Source: Bdellovibrionota bacterium
GTDB lineage: Bacteria > Bdellovibrionota > UBA1018 > CAIPTA01 > JAALKR01
DNA: 64,000 bases
Direction: 5' to 3'
Assembly: GCA_965207455.1 (NCBI GenBank)
Contig: CBDBMJ010000001.1
Location: 416,001 to 480,000, forward strand
Position numbers and translations under genes: made by a program. The first letter of the stretch is position 1; every line of letters starts with the position of its first letter. The notes under the pieces are model-generated. The model was given only the letters and a program-made list of their open reading frames with translations, did not search any database and was not told where the DNA came from. This document shows positions 9,580 to 19,976 of this stretch, piece by piece.

Positions 9580-10908
9580 ATGAAGTTTCTTATAGCTCAC
9601 GGACGGCACGATCTTCTTGAACTCTATGGAGATATCATTGAAAGCGTGGACGAGTCCCTCGTCATACTCAAGGCAGAGTCCTATCAAAAAGCCCAAACCA
9701 TACTGAGAAAAGAAGATATAGATTGCATTATTTGCGATCAAAACCTTCCAGGAGGATCGGGCTTAGATCTGTTTGTTTTTTCAAAAACACAGGGGAGGAT
9801 TCCCTTTGCCCTGTCTGGAGATAAGGAAGCAGAAAGTATTCCTGAATACGAGGAGTACAAGAAGGATATTTTTTCTTATATCCTTCAATCCCAAGCCGTG
9901 CCGTCGATTCTCAACGTGGTAACTGCGCTAAAAAAGAAAAAAAATAAAGCCACAAAAAAATCCTCATACACTCGAGTGCGCATGGGAAATCTATCCAAAA
10001 TGAAAACCATGGTGTGTGATATATACCTGCAATTGTCGGAAAAAAAACATGTGAAGGTTATGAACTCAGGTGGAGCATTTACGAAAAAAGATTTCAATCG
10101 GTATGAAAACAAAGGGCTTGCGTATCTATATATTAAAAAAGAAGACAGTAGAGCGTTTATGCGACAGCTTTTAAAAAGCATTGAAGAATCCTTGAAAATA
10201 AAAGTTTCTCACAAAGATAATGTTATGGATTTAGCAAGAATCTCCCACCTAGCTATTTACGACAGCATACAGTCCCTAGGAGTTACCCCCGAAGCCCAAG
10301 AGCTTATTCAAGTAAACATGCAAATGGCCATAGATACGGTAAAGGATAGCGACATTTCCACAAGACTCTTTTCTAAGCTGGAATCCAACCCAGAAGCTTA
10401 TATTAATGTTCACAGCACAGCCCTGTCCTTCCTCACCTGCGCCCTAGCTTCAGTGATGCCATGGCGACAAGAATCCTCATACTATAAACTCTCCCTCGCT
10501 GCCATTCTCCACGACATTAGCCTAAGCAACCACAAACTTGCTGCCATTCAAAACCTAGAAGATCTGGAAAAAAATAAAGAACTTTTTAAACAAAAAGAAC
10601 GGGAAGAGTATAAAAAACACCCTCTACAAATTGCTCAAATGGTACGAAATATTGAATCCATACCACCGGACGTAGACAATATTATCCTCCAACACCACGA
10701 ACAACCCGACGGGAAAGGATTTCCCCACAAACTAAGAGCCCCTCGTATCAGTCACCTCTCTAGTCTTTTTATTATTTCCCATGATATTATCCACTTCCTT
10801 CTCAGAGAAAACGGCACCATCCAAGACTATTTTGAAAAAAACAAACAAAAGTTTCGTGTGGGACAATTCCGGACCATTTTCGTGGAAGTAGAAAAAATCC
10901 TATCCTGA
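9580..10908 (+). CDS. Receiver-like plus HD/HD-GYP domain regulator
   Basis: IICDQNLPGGSG receiver motif; AAILHDI and LQHHEQPDGKGFP motifs. Confidence 0.8.
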   Translation: MKFLIAHGRHDLLELYGDIIESVDESLVILKAESYQKAQTILRKEDIDCIICDQNLPGGSGLDLFVFSKTQGRIPFALSGDKEAESIPEYEEYKKDIFSYILQSQAVPSILNVVTALKKKKNKATKKSSYTRVRMGNLSKMKTMVCDIYLQLSEKKHVKVMNSGGAFTKKDFNRYENKGLAYLYIKKEDSRAFMRQLLKSIEESLKIKVSHKDNVMDLARISHLAIYDSIQSLGVTPEAQELIQVNMQMAIDTVKDSDISTRLFSKLESNPEAYINVHSTALSFLTCALASVMPWRQESSYYKLSLAAILHDISLSNHKLAAIQNLEDLEKNKELFKQKEREEYKKHPLQIAQMVRNIESIPPDVDNIILQHHEQPDGKGFPHKLRAPRISHLSSLFIISHDIIHFLLRENGTIQDYFEKNKQKFRVGQFRTIFVEVEKILS

Positions 10909-11142
10909 TACTGTAATAAGCCTACCTTGTAAGAGCTCCATTATTGTGTTCAATTGCTTGCCGAGAAGATAAACAAAGACAGCGGAAATAAGAAGCACAA
11001 CAACAGTGATGAGTAATTTTTTGGAGCGAGCAATTTTGGGATTTTGCCATAGAAGGGGAAGGGCAAGGGGACCGGCTATGACTACCCCTATCCAAAAAAT
11101 ACTTATATTTTCTCTCCACGACTTTGGCTTATTTTGGTTCAT
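10900..11142 (-). CDS. Small membrane protein
   Basis: Two hydrophobic segments, GPLALPLLW motif; overlaps the ogt stop. Confidence 0.6.
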   Translation of the reverse strand: MNQNKPKSWRENISIFWIGVVIAGPLALPLLWQNPKIARSKKLLITVVVLLISAVFVYLLGKQLNTIMELLQGRLITVSG

Positions 11143-11668
11143 AGTTTTCTAATGCTAACAATTGCTGCTTTAAATGTACACCTCGATAGGCGCGAAATCC
11201 CACTAAAGCTCCCCCTGCGCCCAAAACGCGATGGCAGGGAACGAGAAAAGGGTAGGGGTTTTTTGCCATGGCCTGTCCCACAGCCCTTGCTCCACGGGGA
11301 GAACCACAATCCCTTGCCACCTCACCATAAGTTAAAACCTCTCCCACGGGAATTTTCCTCACCCGCTTGAAAACAGCGGAATAAAAAGGAGGCAATTTTT
11401 GGGTATATAGGGGCACTTGGGAAAACAGCACGCTTGGCTCGTCCACCGTCCCTCGAGTATATTTTTTTATACTTTCGACCAAACCCCCAAACCACTTTGG
11501 AGGCTCATCCGGGAAAGCACCACCCATACTCTCCTGTATTTCTTTTTCAATACGACGATGAAGACTTTTCCTATCCCTGTCTGGCAGCCAAAGTCGCAAA
11601 ACTTTGTCCTCTTGCCAAGCAAGTCCCATATATCCCAGCGCTGTAGAGAAAGTTCTATATCCTCGCAT
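11129..11668 (-). CDS. ogt: Methylated-DNA-protein-cysteine methyltransferase
   Basis: TYGEVA, RAVGQAM..NP and PCHRV motifs. Confidence 0.92.
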   Translation of the reverse strand: MRGYRTFSTALGYMGLAWQEDKVLRLWLPDRDRKSLHRRIEKEIQESMGGAFPDEPPKWFGGLVESIKKYTRGTVDEPSVLFSQVPLYTQKLPPFYSAVFKRVRKIPVGEVLTYGEVARDCGSPRGARAVGQAMAKNPYPFLVPCHRVLGAGGALVGFRAYRGVHLKQQLLALENYEPK

Positions 11669-11690
11669 TTTTATTATTCCATCTATTGTT

Positions 11691-12308
11691 TCAATCCTGG
11701 TCGCAATGTTTTAGGTAGGTTTTTTTCTTCCCTCTAGTCCATAACACACGGTCGGTATACGCCTCAAATCCTCTTTCCAAAGAACTCTGCACCTGAGAAC
11801 CCTCCAAAATTCCCAACACACGCGCAATGGCTTCAAATGTGGCCATGCCCTCTGGTCTCGATTCTTTGCGCAACCTGTAGATCGACGGCTCTCCCACAGG
11901 AAGAGCAATCCGGGGAAGGTCTCGAAGGTAAGGGTTGCGAAAAATCATCTTCCGCGCCTGCCTCCAAGAACCGTCTGGCACAATCAACTGCAAAGGCTTG
12001 CTATACTCCTGCCGACCCGTCAACACCTCTGCCTCCTTATTGGGAAACAACACCACAGGCAGGTAGTCCGGGTGGAGCAATTTTTTTGTAATACCATAGT
12101 CAACAGGTTGCCTTAGCACCGTAACACTGGCATTCTCCAAAGCCAGCGTTGCCAAGTGCCCCGTATTGGAAATCTTCCAATACTCCCGATGATGAATAAA
12201 AACAGTCACTTTCGTGGAAAGCCGAAAGGGCTGGAAAAAGGAGCATATGCATAACTCGGCATGCATGCGGCAGGAAATACAACGAATGTGACCTCGGCTG
12301 GAACTCAT
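11691..12308 (-). CDS. DTW-domain tRNA-uridine aminocarboxypropyltransferase
   Basis: C..C.....LCIC, SNTG, DGSWRQA and TFEA motifs; start uncertain. Confidence 0.85.
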   Translation of the reverse strand: MSSSRGHIRCISCRMHAELCICSFFQPFRLSTKVTVFIHHREYWKISNTGHLATLALENASVTVLRQPVDYGITKKLLHPDYLPVVLFPNKEAEVLTGRQEYSKPLQLIVPDGSWRQARKMIFRNPYLRDLPRIALPVGEPSIYRLRKESRPEGMATFEAIARVLGILEGSQVQSSLERGFEAYTDRVLWTRGKKKTYLKHCDQD

Positions 12309-12401
12309 CTCCACAAAAAGATAGCACAGAACATATGGGATGCCACCCCAACAACTAAAAAAGGCTTGCCCCCCAGCATATCCCATGGGTAATGTCTAAC
12401 T

Positions 12402-12737
12402 ATGTCCTTTGTGATCACAGAAAAATGTGTTTCCGAAGTCTATGCTTCCTGCGTGGGAGTCTGCCCCGTGGAGTGCATTCACTACGTGGAAAAAATGCCC
12501 AAAGGCATGCCCCATAACGGAAAACCCTTTATGGTAATCGACCCCGACATCTGCATCGAATGTGGCGCCTGTGAACTCGAATGCCCCATAGGCGCTATCG
12601 TGGACAACGAAGAAGTAAGCCCCGAATGGACCGCAATCAACGCAAAACTCGCACCAGAAGTAATAGGAGAAACCACAGACGTGCGACCTCCCAGCTCTCC
12701 GCCCAACCGCTCAGAAAATAAACTGACTAATAACTAG
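12402..12737 (+). CDS. Ferredoxin (7Fe-like)
   Basis: CVGVCPVECI and CIECGACELECP motifs. Confidence 0.9.
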   Translation: MSFVITEKCVSEVYASCVGVCPVECIHYVEKMPKGMPHNGKPFMVIDPDICIECGACELECPIGAIVDNEEVSPEWTAINAKLAPEVIGETTDVRPPSSPPNRSENKLTNN

Positions 12738-12993
12738 GTCTGTAAAGAAGAGACTGCCTTTCTATGTGGGCATCAGTGCTTAGATATCATAAGAGATTAT
12801 CTATTTTTCTTGATTGTAAGCTGATGAACTTGCCTTATATGCTTTGAGTAGATAAAATCTTTAAGTGGGGCATTTAAAATTATTTATCTAAAAGGCAATG
12901 AAAATTCTTCCAGAGACTAATTCCTCTGTTAAAATGGGAAATGACGTATAGATATTTTTTGACCACAGCAACTTTTCATAGGCGAACCTGATC

Positions 12994-13383
12994 ATGCATA
13001 TAAGAGAAATAGAAGAGAATGTAAAAAATTTAGTAGGGAAATTTACTAACGAGCGATTTATTTTTGATTTCCTATTGTCTTTTGGTTGCCCAAATAAAAA
13101 ATTATTAAGAAAATCGATCAGTTCTGCTAATTCATGGGATAAAAAATATTTGCTTACCCGGTATAGCAAAGAAGAAGATGATTTCAATGAAATACAAGAA
13201 AAATTTGAAAGTGAATTATGGGCAGTAAATGCCTCAGTTCATTTCAATAAATGGGCAGATATGGATAAAAATGAATTTAAAAATATCCTCGCTTATTCTT
13301 ATGACGATGGTAAAAAGAAAAATATGGACTGGTGTCAGTCTTCAAGGAAAATAGCATCTGAAAATGAGAGGCTTGCAAAATGA
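12994..13383 (+). pseudogene. Probable chimeric remnant with an MmeI/YeeA-like N-terminus
   Basis: MHIREIEENVKNLV...FIFDFLLSFG resembles the start of MmeI-like methyltransferases, but the ORF is only 129 aa. Confidence 0.4.
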
Positions 13384-15359
13384 GTAAGCCAAGATACTTA
13401 ACAAAATCAAGATTTAAGCTAGGTATTGAATGTCCTACAAAGCTTTTTTACACAGGTAAAAAAGAATATCCAGACTCTAAGATGGATGACTTCTTCTTGG
13501 CAGCACTGGCCGAAGGTGGATTTCAGGTTGGAGATTTAGCAAAGCTGTATTTTCCAAATGGGCATGACATTACAACTCTTAACTATGAAGAAGCTGAAAA
13601 TCAAACACTTGAGCTTCTAAAACAAGATAATGTGATTATCTATGAGCCTGCGATACGCTTTCAAGATTTATTTATAAGAATTGATGTACTGGTAAAAAAA
13701 TGGAATCATTTCGATCTAATTGAAGTTAAGGCTAAATCTTTTGACGAGACAGAAGAAGAACCATTTCTTAATAAAAATGGGACGATTAAAGCAACTTGGA
13801 AATCTTACCTTTATGACATTGCTTTTCAAAGGCATGTCTTAGCCGGAGTATATCCAGATGCAAGTATTTCATCATACCTGATGATGGCAGATAAAAATGC
13901 TTCTTGCCTGACAGAGGGATTAAATCAAAAGTTTAGAATTGTGAGAGATGAATCAAACAGAAAAGGAATAAGCATATCTAATACAATGACGGCTAACGAC
14001 TTAAAGCACAAAATTCTTATTCAGGTTCCTGTGGATGATAAAATACAGCTAATTTATGATGGTAAAGATTCAAAAATTGTAAATAAGAGAGGATTTTTTG
14101 AAAATATTGAGTTCCTATCTGAAAAATATAAAGCAGATAAAAAAATAAAAAGTCCAATAGGTTCGAAATGCGCAAAATGCGAGTTTAAAATCTCTGGTTC
14201 TGATAAAAATTCTAAAAGCGGTTTCAAAGAATGTTGGAGTGAAGCTCTTAAATGGAAAGATGCTGATTTTTATGAGTCTAATATTCTTGAGGTTTGGAAC
14301 TTTAAAAGAAAAGATAAATTAATTGAAGAGGGAAAAATTAAACTTACTGATCTTTGTGAAGAAGATATTTCTCCAAAAAATGATAGTAATCCTGGAATTA
14401 CATCAAGTGAGAGACAATGGCTTCAAATAGAAATGGTACAGCTTGGGCAAGAGAAACCTTTCTTTGATGCCCATGGAATGAAATTGGAAATGGATAAATG
14501 GACTTTTCCTTTGCACTTTATAGATTTTGAAACAACTGCGGTTGCGATTCCTTTTAACAAAGGTCGTAAACCTTACGAGGGTATCGCCTTTCAATTTTCT
14601 CACCATATTGTTTCAAAAGATGGGTCAATTGAGCATGTGGGAGAATATTTAAATACTGAACGAGGTATATTTCCTAATTATGAATTTGTGAGACAGTTAA
14701 AGCTACAACTTGAAAAGGATGAGGGAACAATTTTTAGATATACTTCTCATGAAAACACTTATCTGAATTTAATCTATAGGCAGTTGCTGGTCGATGAATC
14801 TGAAATTCTAGATAAAAATGAGTTATGTGATTTTATTAAATCAATAACAAAGTCTGTTAGTTCAAGTGCCGAAAAGTGGAAAGGGCTAAGATCAATGGTA
14901 GATATGTGGGATTTGGTAAAGAAGTTTTACTATTCACCACAAACCAAAGGATCGAATTCGATTAAGGCGGTACTCTCTGCAATATTAAATTCGTCAGAGT
15001 ATTTGCAAAAGAAGTATTCACTCCCTATCTACGGTAAAGACATAAAAAGCCATAATTTTGATAATTGGAAATGGATAGAGATAAAAAACGGCATTATTAT
15101 TGATCCATATAAGAGATTACCAAAAATGTTCCAAGATATATCAGAAAAGAACATGAAAGTTCTCTCCGAAGATGATGAGCTTGCCAATGGTGGCGCAGCT
15201 CTAACCGCTTATGGGAAAATGCAGTTTGCTGAAATAACAGATTATGAAAAAGATGAGCTATGTAAAGCTCTGTTGAAATATTGTGAGTTGGATACTTTTG
15301 CTATGGTGATGATTTATGAAGCTTGGCGAGAGATGGTTAATAATGAAGAAGCAGTTTAG
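13380..15359 (+). CDS. DUF2779-like protein (PD-(D/E)XK nuclease plus RNase H-like exonuclease domain)
   Basis: LTKSRFK..ECP, RIDVL..LIEVK, CAKC, FIDFET, PYEGIAFQFS and LLKYCELDT motifs. Confidence 0.8.
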   Translation: MSKPRYLTKSRFKLGIECPTKLFYTGKKEYPDSKMDDFFLAALAEGGFQVGDLAKLYFPNGHDITTLNYEEAENQTLELLKQDNVIIYEPAIRFQDLFIRIDVLVKKWNHFDLIEVKAKSFDETEEEPFLNKNGTIKATWKSYLYDIAFQRHVLAGVYPDASISSYLMMADKNASCLTEGLNQKFRIVRDESNRKGISISNTMTANDLKHKILIQVPVDDKIQLIYDGKDSKIVNKRGFFENIEFLSEKYKADKKIKSPIGSKCAKCEFKISGSDKNSKSGFKECWSEALKWKDADFYESNILEVWNFKRKDKLIEEGKIKLTDLCEEDISPKNDSNPGITSSERQWLQIEMVQLGQEKPFFDAHGMKLEMDKWTFPLHFIDFETTAVAIPFNKGRKPYEGIAFQFSHHIVSKDGSIEHVGEYLNTERGIFPNYEFVRQLKLQLEKDEGTIFRYTSHENTYLNLIYRQLLVDESEILDKNELCDFIKSITKSVSSSAEKWKGLRSMVDMWDLVKKFYYSPQTKGSNSIKAVLSAILNSSEYLQKKYSLPIYGKDIKSHNFDNWKWIEIKNGIIIDPYKRLPKMFQDISEKNMKVLSEDDELANGGAALTAYGKMQFAEITDYEKDELCKALLKYCELDTFAMVMIYEAWREMVNNEEAV

Positions 15360-15367
15360 GTGATTTA

Positions 15368-18300
15368 ATGAGTGAGAAATTAAAACCTGATATAAAAATA
15401 TACTTAGATGAAATTTCAGAAAGACTTTACTCTGGTCATGCCTCTATTATGATTGGTACTGGTTTTAGTAAAAATGCGGTTCCAAATGCGAATGATTCAA
15501 AATCATTCTTAAATTGGAATGAATTAGCAGATATATTTTTCAAAAAATTATATGATAGAAAACCGGATGAAAAAGATCGGTATTTAAATCCTATTAAGCT
15601 TGCAGAAGAAGTTCAGGCCGCATTTGGAAGACCTACTCTTGATAAAATCATATTGGATAGTCTACCTGATTTAGATTATTCTCCTGCAAAATTACATAAA
15701 GATTTAGTTTCCTTACCGTGGAACAATATCTTTACAACAAATTATGATACTTTGTTAGAACGAGCAGGTGAAAAATCAACGCAGCGGTATGATATAGTTA
15801 TTAATCAAAAAGACCTTGTGTATTCAAAAAATCCTAGAATAGTAAAACTACATGGAAGCTTTCCATCGGAAAAACCTTTCATAATAACAGAAGAAGATTA
15901 TCGCACATATCCAGATCATTTTGCTCTTTATCTTAATACTGTCCAGCAATCTTTGATTGAAAACACATTGTGTTTGATTGGTTTTTCTGGCGATGATCCA
16001 AATTTTTTACATTGGATTGGATGGATTAGAGACAATCTTGGTTATGAACATTCGCCTAAAATTTATTTAATAGGTATTTTTGATATTTCTTCATCAAAAA
16101 TGAAGCTCTTGGAAAGAAAAAATATAACTGTGATTGATTTATCTGATACTGCTCCGCAAGGTAAAGACAAGCATCGAAAGGCTTTGGAAATTTTTATCAA
16201 ATATCTTAATAAAAAAGAAGATGATGAAATAAAATTAGACTGGCCTTCTGATAAAACACTACGGCCTCCTAATTATGATAAAAAAAATGATTTAAAAAAA
16301 GAAATGAGTGAAGTTGCAAACGAATGGAGAAAGGTCAGGGAGGAATATCCCGGTTGGGTAGTATGCCCGTATGAGAATCGCAAAAGATTATGGAGTTATA
16401 CGGAAGATTGGACTTATGAACGGCACTTACAATCAGAGGATACAGATGAAAGAGTCTTACTTTTTTTGTATGAGTTGGTTTGGCGATTAGAAAAATGCCT
16501 CGTTCCCTTGTGGGATGACCTTGCAAAAAGTGTAAATAGAGTTATAGAAGGTTTTCTTTCTTTTGATAAAACTAAACTAGAGAATGAAAATGAATTCGCT
16601 GCAATTCATGAAAAATGGCTATATTTAAATTTTTCGTATTTAAGGTATCTAAGAGAAGAAGGTTTGGATGATAAGTGGAGAGAGTCTTTGAAATTAACTA
16701 AATCAAGGCCTGATTCTTTACCTGAATTATATAAAATAAAAATGTTATTTGAAGAGTGTTACTTCTGCTTATATCGGCAAGATATAAAAGGACTGTTAGG
16801 ATTATTTATGCAGTTGAAAGGAAAAAACCTTTCTCCTTTTGAAAAAGCTCGCTTGGCTTCAATGATGGCTGAGTTTGGACTCCTGAAAGAGTCAAAAGCA
16901 CTGCTTGAAGAATCATTAAACTCTATTCGTTCTTTACAAAACTTAAAACCTATTACTAGCGACTATACTTATCTTTCTCAAGAATCGTATATTTTGCAAA
17001 TATTGAAAATATTAAAAGATGAGGGAAGTTTTTGGTCTAGAAGTAATTCCAATGATAAAAATCCTATTACTAAATATTATGAGAGTTCAACTGAAAAAAA
17101 GAATAAATATGATAAAGAAAAATCAGAAGATCAACCACAAGATAATGATAAACATAGTCGTGATTATATCTCTGAATTTGTAAATCGCTGGTCAACACTT
17201 AAAGATTACAAATGTGACCCATGGGGTGAGCTAGAGTTTTTTAAATTAAAATTGGAAGATCAGCCAATTCCATATGAGAGAGAAGTCAAAATTGATGGCT
17301 TTGATATTGGTCATTATTCTACATCATACAAATTAGGAGAGAATGATCCAGAGCCACTGAGAGCGTTTAATTTTTTAAGGTTTATTGAAGATATTGCAAT
17401 GCCTTTGCGAGTTTCTAATATGACATATGGGCAAGAATCTGTAAATGGAGCTATCTTACGACTTCATCAAGTAGCCCCTAATTGGGCATTGAGTATGATG
17501 TTAAGAGCTGGTGATAGCAAATCACTCGATAAAATATTAGATAGAGAAACCTTATATAGAATGAAGCAGGAAAAAGTTAATTATTTACTAACTTTTTATC
17601 TGGACTTACTCAATGAGGTGGAAGAGCTTGTAGGAATGTCAGATAGTTGGAAAACCTCTAATATTGGAATTAGAATTGCCCAACTGGTTCCAGAAATATT
17701 GTCAAGGTTGATACTAAAAACAACATTAGAAAATCGTGAAAAAGTATTAGAATTTTTAATAAAAGTTTATAGCTTTAAAGCAAAAAGTAATTATAGCGGT
17801 ATTGGAAATTTATGTAAAAGGCTCATTTCTTCTTGGCCACAAAAAGATTACAATAAATTAGTGAATACAATTCTGGTCAATTTTACTTGTCAGCAGGAAA
17901 GTAATCATATTATTCAAAGAGAATTTCCTGATCCATTTCTTTCATTAAATATTAAAGGCATTAAAGATCATAATGTTATGATTTCGATTCCAGATGTTGT
18001 CGTGAAAGATTTATTAGCAGACTTTTCTAAAGCTGAGGGTGAATTCAGACATAATTTATTTATCAGACTAGCCATACTAAATGATATTAGAGCACTGAAC
18101 AAAAATCAGGAGAAAATATTTTCAGAGTTATTATGGTCTCTAACTTGTGAAGATGGTTTTCCATCCGTAGGAGGTGATATTGATAAATACTGGTTCTCAA
18201 CATTACCATACCCTAATAAGATAGAAATATATAAGTTGTTTAAAGTATATCTTTTGAAGCTCATACCACCAGTGCAGGATGGAAATAATGTAAGTATTTC

Positions 18301-19156
18301 TTTGGGGAACTTTGCCATTTATCAAGAATTTATTGGTGCAAGAGAATTCCTTGGGAAAGAAATTGAATGGAATGTTGATGATGCTGAAAAATTATTAACG
18401 ATTATCTTAGATTACTTTGATAAGGATAGAAAACATCTTGAGAAAAAGGAAAAAGATCCAATAGGAGAGAGAAAAAAAGAGTTTCAACGAAGATTTATGC
18501 AGGTAGGCAAGATTATTTCGTTTGCTGTAGTCCCTTTCTTTTCAGATAAATTATTCAAAAAGAAGAAAATCAAGTTGGAGAATTTCATTGAGGTATTGTC
18601 TAAAAATGATGTTAGTGTTTCTAGTCTAGCAGAAGAAATGTTTTCTAATAAAATAACTAAGAATGAAAAGTTCCTAGATATAGTTAAAGATGAGGCAAGT
18701 GAAAAATCCTCGGATAACTGCTTTAGAGGAATAATTTCGATAACAAGAATAATTGAAGTTAGTTACAGGAACGATGAATATTCTAATTACAGAAATTTAA
18801 GTGAGATTTTAGTTGAAATGGTTTACTGGCGAGTATTCCCTCATGTAATTGCTGCCTTGGGGAATATATCTTACTTAATAAATATGGTGGATAAATTTGA
18901 ATTAGGTCAAGTTTTAGACAGACTTATTGTGGGTTTAAATTATTTACGCTATGAGACTGAGTCAGAACGAAGTAATCAGTCTAGAAAATTCTCTGATTTG
19001 TTACATGCGAGAGAGCAAGCTGCCGAATTAGCTTTTTCTATTTATAAAAAGTTAAAAATAGAACAAAAACAAGTTCCTCAAGAAATAATGAAATGGAAAG
19101 AAGTTTGCTCATCAAATGAAGAGTTTGTTGAAGTGAAGAACCAGTGGTTAAATTAA
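15368..19156 (+). CDS. Defense-associated sirtuin, DSR1-like (SIR2 NADase plus long helical region)
   Basis: IGTGFSKNA, TTNYDTLLE, KLHGS, FIITEEDY, GFSGDDPNF and W...REEYPGW motifs; 1262 aa. Confidence 0.82.
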   Translation: MSEKLKPDIKIYLDEISERLYSGHASIMIGTGFSKNAVPNANDSKSFLNWNELADIFFKKLYDRKPDEKDRYLNPIKLAEEVQAAFGRPTLDKIILDSLPDLDYSPAKLHKDLVSLPWNNIFTTNYDTLLERAGEKSTQRYDIVINQKDLVYSKNPRIVKLHGSFPSEKPFIITEEDYRTYPDHFALYLNTVQQSLIENTLCLIGFSGDDPNFLHWIGWIRDNLGYEHSPKIYLIGIFDISSSKMKLLERKNITVIDLSDTAPQGKDKHRKALEIFIKYLNKKEDDEIKLDWPSDKTLRPPNYDKKNDLKKEMSEVANEWRKVREEYPGWVVCPYENRKRLWSYTEDWTYERHLQSEDTDERVLLFLYELVWRLEKCLVPLWDDLAKSVNRVIEGFLSFDKTKLENENEFAAIHEKWLYLNFSYLRYLREEGLDDKWRESLKLTKSRPDSLPELYKIKMLFEECYFCLYRQDIKGLLGLFMQLKGKNLSPFEKARLASMMAEFGLLKESKALLEESLNSIRSLQNLKPITSDYTYLSQESYILQILKILKDEGSFWSRSNSNDKNPITKYYESSTEKKNKYDKEKSEDQPQDNDKHSRDYISEFVNRWSTLKDYKCDPWGELEFFKLKLEDQPIPYEREVKIDGFDIGHYSTSYKLGENDPEPLRAFNFLRFIEDIAMPLRVSNMTYGQESVNGAILRLHQVAPNWALSMMLRAGDSKSLDKILDRETLYRMKQEKVNYLLTFYLDLLNEVEELVGMSDSWKTSNIGIRIAQLVPEILSRLILKTTLENREKVLEFLIKVYSFKAKSNYSGIGNLCKRLISSWPQKDYNKLVNTILVNFTCQQESNHIIQREFPDPFLSLNIKGIKDHNVMISIPDVVVKDLLADFSKAEGEFRHNLFIRLAILNDIRALNKNQEKIFSELLWSLTCEDGFPSVGGDIDKYWFSTLPYPNKIEIYKLFKVYLLKLIPPVQDGNNVSISLGNFAIYQEFIGAREFLGKEIEWNVDDAEKLLTIILDYFDKDRKHLEKKEKDPIGERKKEFQRRFMQVGKIISFAVVPFFSDKLFKKKKIKLENFIEVLSKNDVSVSSLAEEMFSNKITKNEKFLDIVKDEASEKSSDNCFRGIISITRIIEVSYRNDEYSNYRNLSEILVEMVYWRVFPHVIAALGNISYLINMVDKFELGQVLDRLIVGLNYLRYETESERSNQSRKFSDLLHAREQAAELAFSIYKKLKIEQKQVPQEIMKWKEVCSSNEEFVEVKNQWLN

Positions 19157-19259
19157 AGGAAGAACAATATCAGTGTTAGATAAAAATGAGGTAATTGAAC
19201 TAAGAAAAGTATTAGAAGAATTTAAGCCTGTTACAGGCCCTATTTTGAGAAAGAAATAT

Positions 19260-19500
19260 TGCTCTTTCCCGAAAAAACGGACGCTTTTATACAACGCAGC
19301 GTTTTGTTTTTCTAGCATAGTCCATTGAACTCAAATATCCAAGCGAAGAATGCAGCCTTTCTCGATTATACCAACTTATGTATTCAAAAACAGCTCTTCT
19401 TGCCTCAGATATATCCTTAAATTTTGTCTTTCCTAACTCATTTTTAATCGTATGGAAAAAGCTCTCTGCGTAAGCATTATCATAGCAATTCCCCTTTTCG
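19260..19500 (-). mobile_element. IS3-family remnant (right end plus C-terminal transposase fragment)
   Basis: KGNCYDNAYAESFFHTIK..YNRERLHSSLGYLS; terminus TGCTCTTTCCCGAAAAAACGGAC; near copy of 34573-34810. Confidence 0.85.
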
Positions 19501-19976
19501 CAAGATACTAAACTTCTCGATTTTTCCATATTCCAAAGAAATAAATATTATTATAATCCTATATTTATTTTTTAGCTGTCGCAATGTGGCTGTTAAGATA
19601 TCTTGGTAGTTATGATGCGACAGAATCGCTTGCTGATCATATAATTTGGTTTCAAGATTAGATATCTCTACACTGTAAGGGGTGTTTTTTTCTGAAACAA
19701 GAGTTAAATCTCCATAAATGGATAATTATTATATTAATAATTAAAAATTATGTATTTAGTATTTTTTCCTTACTGTGAAACGGAAATAAGTGCATCATCC
19801 TTGCTCAAACTCCATTTTTATGGGTATAGGGATCAAGCTATATCCATATTTATCTCTAATTACCCGTTCAGGCTACTTTAACCTATGAATTTCACTGCCG
19901 TTTACTAAATTGAATAATAAAATCCAGAGAAAAAGGATTTTTCTAAAATTACTTCTGGGAATAGCTTAAAAATGAT

